DNA of 64,000 bases, taken from NCBI GenBank assembly GCA_043800255.1, contig JAZDNF010000013.1, positions 22,474-86,473 on the forward strand, in the 5' to 3' direction. Both the position numbers and the translations under genes were made by a program. Positions 59,358 through 64,000 of the stretch are shown in pieces (position 1 is the stretch's first letter; each line of letters begins with the position of its first letter). The DNA comes from Candidatus Altiarchaeota archaeon (lineage in GTDB: Archaea > Altiarchaeota > Altiarchaeia > IMC4 > SCGC-AAA252-I15). The notes under the pieces were generated by a model. That model saw only the letters and a program-made list of their open reading frames with translations. It had not been told where the DNA came from and made no database searches.

Positions 59358-62179
59358 AACAGGCTCTTCACAATCGGTTCCAATTTTTCTGCGCTGCCGC
59401 CTCCGATGCACATCCTATTGTTTCCGCTGTATCCGCCGCCAATCTTCTCTGAAATCTTTTTCGCGACAGCTGACGCGTCCTCCGAGCTCGAAGCGACGAT
59501 GAAGTTAGCCTTCTCTCCTGTGACGTTGAACAAGACCAGCAGCCTGCCCTCTTTTTTAACCAGTTCTTCGGCGATCTTCCTCAGCTCCTTTATGTTAGCG
59601 TCATGGACTATGTAAGCAACCCGGGAGGATTCTTTGAATTTCCTCTCTATATCTTCGACAACTTTGCCGGCATCTAACCCGCCCTGCTTCTCCTTTTCCT
59701 TGCGCAGTCTCTTCCACTCGCTGAAAAGTATTTCAGATGCTGATGCCAGGTCAGAGCTGCTGCCCAAGGTTATCTCTCCAAATTCTTTGCACTCGCGCAC
59801 GAACCTTTCTAGGGTCTCCGGCAGTTTTTCCTTCTGCACTGAGAAGACTGCCGCAGCCTTAGTCAGAGCTTCCCTGTTGAACTCCCTGTTTCTGACATCT
59901 GCCGGCAGGTTCTCCAATGATTTTTGGAACAGCTCCTCCTCAGTCCCGCTGTGCTTGTCGGAGGCTGCCCCAGCCTTGAACTCCAGCCTTACGATTCCGT
60001 CCTGTATCCTCTTCGACCTCACCAGGGTTATCCTGCCAGCCTCTTTGGTGTTGTTGAGGTGGGTTCCACCGCAGGCTTCAGCATCAACACCCTTTATTTC
60101 AACAATCCTCAGCTCTGTGCCAGGCACTGCACCGCCCTGGTACAATCTGAAGCCGTGCTTCTCCTCAGCCTCGTTCCGCTTCATTATCGAGACACGTATT
60201 GGGATGGCCTTCCCAACGAGCAGGTTAGCCTCCGTCTCTATCTTCTTCAGTTCATCGTCCGATACGCCCCTGTAGTGTGTGATGTCCAATCTTGAGATGT
60301 CAACGCTCTTGTGAGCTCCCGCCTGCCACACGTGCGGACCGAGAACCTTCCTGGCAGACACGTTCACAATGTGCGTCGCAGTATGATGCTGCGACAGCTG
60401 AGTCCTCCTGTCCCAGTCGACTTTTCCGCTGACTAGCATACCTTCCCTGAATTTTCCTGCTGAGTCCACCTTGTGCGCTATCACGTTGCCGGCCTTCTGC
60501 ACGTCCAGCACTTTCGCACTTCCGATGATGCCGTAGTCAGCCTCCTGGCCTCCGCCCTCAGGATAGAACAGTGTTCTGTCAAGGATGAGATAGTCTCCTT
60601 CAACCCCCAAGACCGTTGCGTTGAACTCCGGGCCCTCACGCTCGTAATAGAGCTGCTTGGTCTCATCGTAGTTCCCCTTCAGCTGCAGCTCCTGCTTTTT
60701 CTCCCCCTCAACTTGCTCGTGCCTTTCCTCCACCAGGCCGTAGAAGTTTTCCGGAATCCTCAGGTCAGAGTTGAACTCCTTTATCAGCTCCGGGTTGATT
60801 CCTTGGGAGTCGTAGAGTCCGACCAGCTTCTCAGGGGTGAACTTCTCCCCAGAGCCTATCATCTTGCTGACCAGAGTCTTGCACTTGCGCCTGTTCTCAT
60901 CGTACCTCTCACGCTCGACGTCTATTATCTCATGCAGGCTTCCCTTCTCCCTGAGTTCGGTGTACCATTCACCGAACTCGTTCACGTGCTTGTCCAACAC
61001 CTTGTGCAGGTCTATGCTCCAGCCGTGCTCATCCATAAGAGACCAGCATCTCCTCAGAATGCTCCTCAGGTTGTAGCCTCCTCCAACGTTGCTGGGCAGC
61101 GCACCGTCGTGTATGGCAACCAGGAGTGTTCTAGTATGGTCTGCTATCGCGTACAACGCCCTCCTCAGGTAGACCTCCTTCTTCAGCTCATCCAAGGTTA
61201 TGCCCATCTCAGTTGAGACCTGGTTCCAGACAGGGTCCAGGTTGCCTAACTCGTCGATGTCCAATAGGCCGGCGTACCTTGCGAACTGGCTCCACATCCG
61301 GTTATCGGGCTTGACTCCGGTCTCCCTGTACAGGTGTTTCATCACATCTGGGAAGACGGTGTCGTAGCTCATCGGGACTCCCTGGCTGAACCACGACCAC
61401 CTCTCGAGGCCTGCTCCCATGTCGATGACCTTCGTCTTCAATTCCCTGGATGTTCCGTCCTGGAGGACCTCGTACTGCATGTAAACCTGGTTCCCGAGCT
61501 CCAAACCCCTGGAGAAGAATTCCATGCTCGGCCCGAAGTTGCCGCCGCCTGCCCAAACGTCCTCGTGATAGAATATCTCCTCAGGCTTTATTCCCAAACC
61601 TTTGGTTAGGAACTCGTGCATCTGTTTGATGCCTTCATCCTTGAAGTAGACGTTCGGCTTCTCTGGTGTCCTGAACGTATGCTGGCCGACCATTATGAAC
61701 CCAGTATAATGCCTGCCGGTGATTCCGACAGAGTCTATGTCCGGGAACCTCAGGCAGAATTGCGGCTCCAGCACCGCATCAGCCGACGGCTCCACGAGGC
61801 CTGCGACCACGTACGGTTGGAAGTCGTTGATTCCCGCGTTAACAAAGTAGAGCTCATCATACCATCTGCACACCACAGGATACCTTTTGATTGGAACATA
61901 GTCCCACTTTTTGAAGATTTTGACGTACTCATCCCATGCGCCCTTGTAGGAGAACTTCTTCTTCGTCAGTTTTTCGCCGATGAACCTGTAGCCTCCGGAA
62001 CAGGATGGCTCGTCACAATAATCCCTTTCAACCGCAGACCAGAAGCCTCGCCCGCATTTCTTGCAGACTTTCCTCGAGAACCCAATCTCCTCAAGACTGC
62101 CTACAGGATAATACTTCTCAAAGTTCCTGTGGAATTCAGGCTTCTTCTGCCTCTTAAGCTCCTTGAAATCCCAAGCCAT
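59354..62179 (-). CDS. alaS: Alanyl-tRNA synthetase (archaeal type)
   Basis: 941 aa with the archaeal AlaRS N-terminus (KVCKKCGRGFWS zinc ribbon), a class II core, the editing HxxxH...CGGTH motif and a C-terminal DHHA1-like domain. Confidence 0.9.
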   Translation of the reverse strand: MAWDFKELKRQKKPEFHRNFEKYYPVGSLEEIGFSRKVCKKCGRGFWSAVERDYCDEPSCSGGYRFIGEKLTKKKFSYKGAWDEYVKIFKKWDYVPIKRYPVVCRWYDELYFVNAGINDFQPYVVAGLVEPSADAVLEPQFCLRFPDIDSVGITGRHYTGFIMVGQHTFRTPEKPNVYFKDEGIKQMHEFLTKGLGIKPEEIFYHEDVWAGGGNFGPSMEFFSRGLELGNQVYMQYEVLQDGTSRELKTKVIDMGAGLERWSWFSQGVPMSYDTVFPDVMKHLYRETGVKPDNRMWSQFARYAGLLDIDELGNLDPVWNQVSTEMGITLDELKKEVYLRRALYAIADHTRTLLVAIHDGALPSNVGGGYNLRSILRRCWSLMDEHGWSIDLHKVLDKHVNEFGEWYTELREKGSLHEIIDVERERYDENRRKCKTLVSKMIGSGEKFTPEKLVGLYDSQGINPELIKEFNSDLRIPENFYGLVEERHEQVEGEKKQELQLKGNYDETKQLYYEREGPEFNATVLGVEGDYLILDRTLFYPEGGGQEADYGIIGSAKVLDVQKAGNVIAHKVDSAGKFREGMLVSGKVDWDRRTQLSQHHTATHIVNVSARKVLGPHVWQAGAHKSVDISRLDITHYRGVSDDELKKIETEANLLVGKAIPIRVSIMKRNEAEEKHGFRLYQGGAVPGTELRIVEIKGVDAEACGGTHLNNTKEAGRITLVRSKRIQDGIVRLEFKAGAASDKHSGTEEELFQKSLENLPADVRNREFNREALTKAAAVFSVQKEKLPETLERFVRECKEFGEITLGSSSDLASASEILFSEWKRLRKEKEKQGGLDAGKVVEDIERKFKESSRVAYIVHDANIKELRKIAEELVKKEGRLLVLFNVTGEKANFIVASSSEDASAVAKKISEKIGGGYSGNNRMCIGGGSAEKLEPIVKSLF

Positions 62180-62240
62180 TCTCCGTTAAGTATTCTCGTT
62201 GCCTGTTAAAACGCTTTGAATTTTATACCCTGCAGATTAA

Positions 62241-62795
62241 ATGTTTACGATGAACGTCCTATTCGCGACAGGCAACAGGCATAAGGTATCGGAGGCTAAT
62301 CGTGTTGGGAAAGAATACGGTGTAAAGTTTGTCAGAGTTTCCTGCCCGTACCCTGAGATAAGGGACGAGTCCCTGGAGAGGATAGCGTCGGAGGGCGTCA
62401 AGCATGTCTACTCCCGGCTCAAGAAGCCTGTCATCGTGGAGGACTCAGGCCTCTTCCTGAAAGCCTACGATGGATTCCCATCCCCCTATTCAGCCTACGT
62501 GTTCGAGAAGATAGGCAATGGAGGGATGCTGAAGCTCGTGAGGGGAAAGAGGAACAGGAATGCGGCCTTCAAATCCGTAATAGCCTACTATGACGGCAAA
62601 AAACTTAGAACATTCACTGGAGAGGTTAAAGGCAGGATCGCCTTGAAAAAATCCGGGAACGCAGGCTTCGGCTACGACCCCATATTCATACCAAAAGGCC
62701 ACAGCAGGACCTTCGCCCAGGACCCAGAACTGAAGGAGAAGATTTCGCACAGGAGCAGAGCCTTCAAGAAGCTGATAACGTGGCTGAAGGATTAA
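62241..62795 (+). CDS. Non-canonical purine NTP pyrophosphatase (Ham1/ITPase)
   Basis: Ham1 motifs (TGNRHK, VIVEDSGLF, FGYDPIF). Confidence 0.8.
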   Translation: MFTMNVLFATGNRHKVSEANRVGKEYGVKFVRVSCPYPEIRDESLERIASEGVKHVYSRLKKPVIVEDSGLFLKAYDGFPSPYSAYVFEKIGNGGMLKLVRGKRNRNAAFKSVIAYYDGKKLRTFTGEVKGRIALKKSGNAGFGYDPIFIPKGHSRTFAQDPELKEKISHRSRAFKKLITWLKD

Positions 62796-63922
62796 ACCTG
62801 TTCTGCGCCTATCGGCAATGATGTGTCCCCGAACTGTATTATCTGGACGTTCACTGTGATATTATCCCCCTCTGAAGCGTTAGGAAAGAGGAACGCGTTC
62901 ATCTCATTGTCCAGTCTGATAATCTTCCCGTCAAGCACCAGCCCGCTCGGTGTTGAGACCGTGCCCTCGCGCCTGATGAACGGGTTCGTAATACCATTAG
63001 CCTGGAGGAGCTCCTCCACCCGCTCTCCTGTGCCGTTCAACAGCAAGTTTACTGTCCCGTTCACTATTGAATAGTTCGCCTTCATCTTGTCCAATCTTGA
63101 TTTAAGGCCTTTGAAGTCGTCTGAGGACAGGAGAACAGCCTCGCCTTTTAGGGTAACGTTTGCTCCCTCGTTGGAGAGTTTCTCCAGGGTGCCGTTATCC
63201 AGGCCATATGAGGAGAAGCTGGGCTGCGCGAGGGTGTGATTTTCCACGCCCAACTCTTCTATCAGGCTGCCGAGTTCCAGCGGCCGGTCAAAGGATGCGA
63301 AAACCCTCATGCGTCCGGCATCCAGCACCTGGGCGTCGAATTCCGAGCCAGCCGAAAGCTTCGCAGTCTCAAGGCCTATCAACTCTTCAGGAATGTTGTC
63401 AACGACCTTCTGGAACAATATGATGGCAAGGTTGTCGCCGATCTCAAGGCCGGTCTCGCCCACAACGTATACGCTGTCCTTCCCGACCTTCCCCACGTAG
63501 GCTCTGTGAAGCGTGTACTTCCCCAACTCAGACCTGGCCAGCCGCTCTATCGCGGGCAATGCCGCGGTCAGGTTGTTTACCTCGAATTTGACCATCAGGT
63601 AGGCGTCCGACAGTTCGATTCTGACTTCGCTTACGCCGTCAATTGCGGATTCCTGTATGTTCAGGAGGTTTTCCCTCTGGAGGAAGTCAGACCTCGCTGG
63701 CATCAGGACGTACTCGTCAGTCTTGCCGGTTATGACCGCCAGTATGGTCTCGTTGCCTGCGACCACGACAGAATACTGGTCCAAGTTCAGTTCAGCCTCC
63801 TCAGGCTGCTCATAGTCTGTGGTGTTCGTGAACACGAAAAACGCTGAGAACAGCATCACAACGATTATCAGGTATATCATGCCCCGGTTCTCCTTCCCGG
63901 TCTTCTTCCCGCCCTTTTTCAT
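62792..63922 (-). CDS. Membrane-anchored extracellular protein, hypothetical
   Basis: Basic N-terminus plus a single TM anchor, then a beta-rich region with several N-x-T/S sequons (NETI, NLTA, NHTL, NGTL, NVTL). Confidence 0.45.
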   Translation of the reverse strand: MKKGGKKTGKENRGMIYLIIVVMLFSAFFVFTNTTDYEQPEEAELNLDQYSVVVAGNETILAVITGKTDEYVLMPARSDFLQRENLLNIQESAIDGVSEVRIELSDAYLMVKFEVNNLTAALPAIERLARSELGKYTLHRAYVGKVGKDSVYVVGETGLEIGDNLAIILFQKVVDNIPEELIGLETAKLSAGSEFDAQVLDAGRMRVFASFDRPLELGSLIEELGVENHTLAQPSFSSYGLDNGTLEKLSNEGANVTLKGEAVLLSSDDFKGLKSRLDKMKANYSIVNGTVNLLLNGTGERVEELLQANGITNPFIRREGTVSTPSGLVLDGKIIRLDNEMNAFLFPNASEGDNITVNVQIIQFGDTSLPIGAEQV

Positions 63923-64000
63923 AACACCTTAAGTATTTAAAAAGTGGGTATAATAATCTATACCATGGATTTTCTGAAGGTGAGTTACACTGGCAGGATA

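Overview
This is a 64 kb archaeal chromosomal segment, probably euryarchaeal/Thermoplasmata-like. It is about 55% G+C and gene-dense with frequent 4-17 nt overlaps. I recognise about 70 protein genes and saw no rRNA, tRNA, CRISPR array or obvious transposase.

Most of the window is housekeeping and biosynthetic genes. These include a Hef helicase-nuclease fragment, a herA-like/chorismate-mutase/pheA trio, NMNAT, the L31e-aIF6 ribosomal pair, RibL, endonuclease IV, Trm5, MtaB, PurD, HisB, form III RuBisCO, PriL-like, KaiC-like, PadR next to inositol-1-P synthase and a CDP-alcohol transferase, RFC large subunit, a RecJ/GAN-like DHH protein, the S15-(Pcc1-like)-S3Ae ribosomal stretch, Nnr, CDC48, TruD, TrpRS (with an Fe-S Cys cluster), AroA, AroC, Mdh-PanD, LarA, the amt-glnK-glnA nitrogen cassette, Lrp, Nog1, AlaRS and a Ham1 ITPase.

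The stand-out feature is at 54057-59357. An Mre11/SbcD-family phosphoesterase has no Rad50 partner. It is followed 39 nt downstream on the same strand by a 1391-aa protein from a lower-G+C gene. That protein joins a ParB/Srx-like N-domain, an apparently intact class-V PLP aminotransferase fold, and a C-terminal array of a G-x-(D/N)-P-x-x-h-F helical repeat that I do not recognise. This is the best candidate here for an undescribed system.

Other points of interest:
- A 22-bp tandem repeat promoter/operator lies between padR and the inositol-phosphate genes.
- A bacterial-type pyruvoyl PanD sits in an operon with mdh.
- Two A/T-rich islets carry Cys-rich surface proteins.
- A lipoprotein carries an Ada-like Zn-binding C-terminus.
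- A split coiled-coil gene pair overlaps by 32 nt.
- A 32-aa poly-Lys micro-ORF lies in the nog1-mre11 gap.
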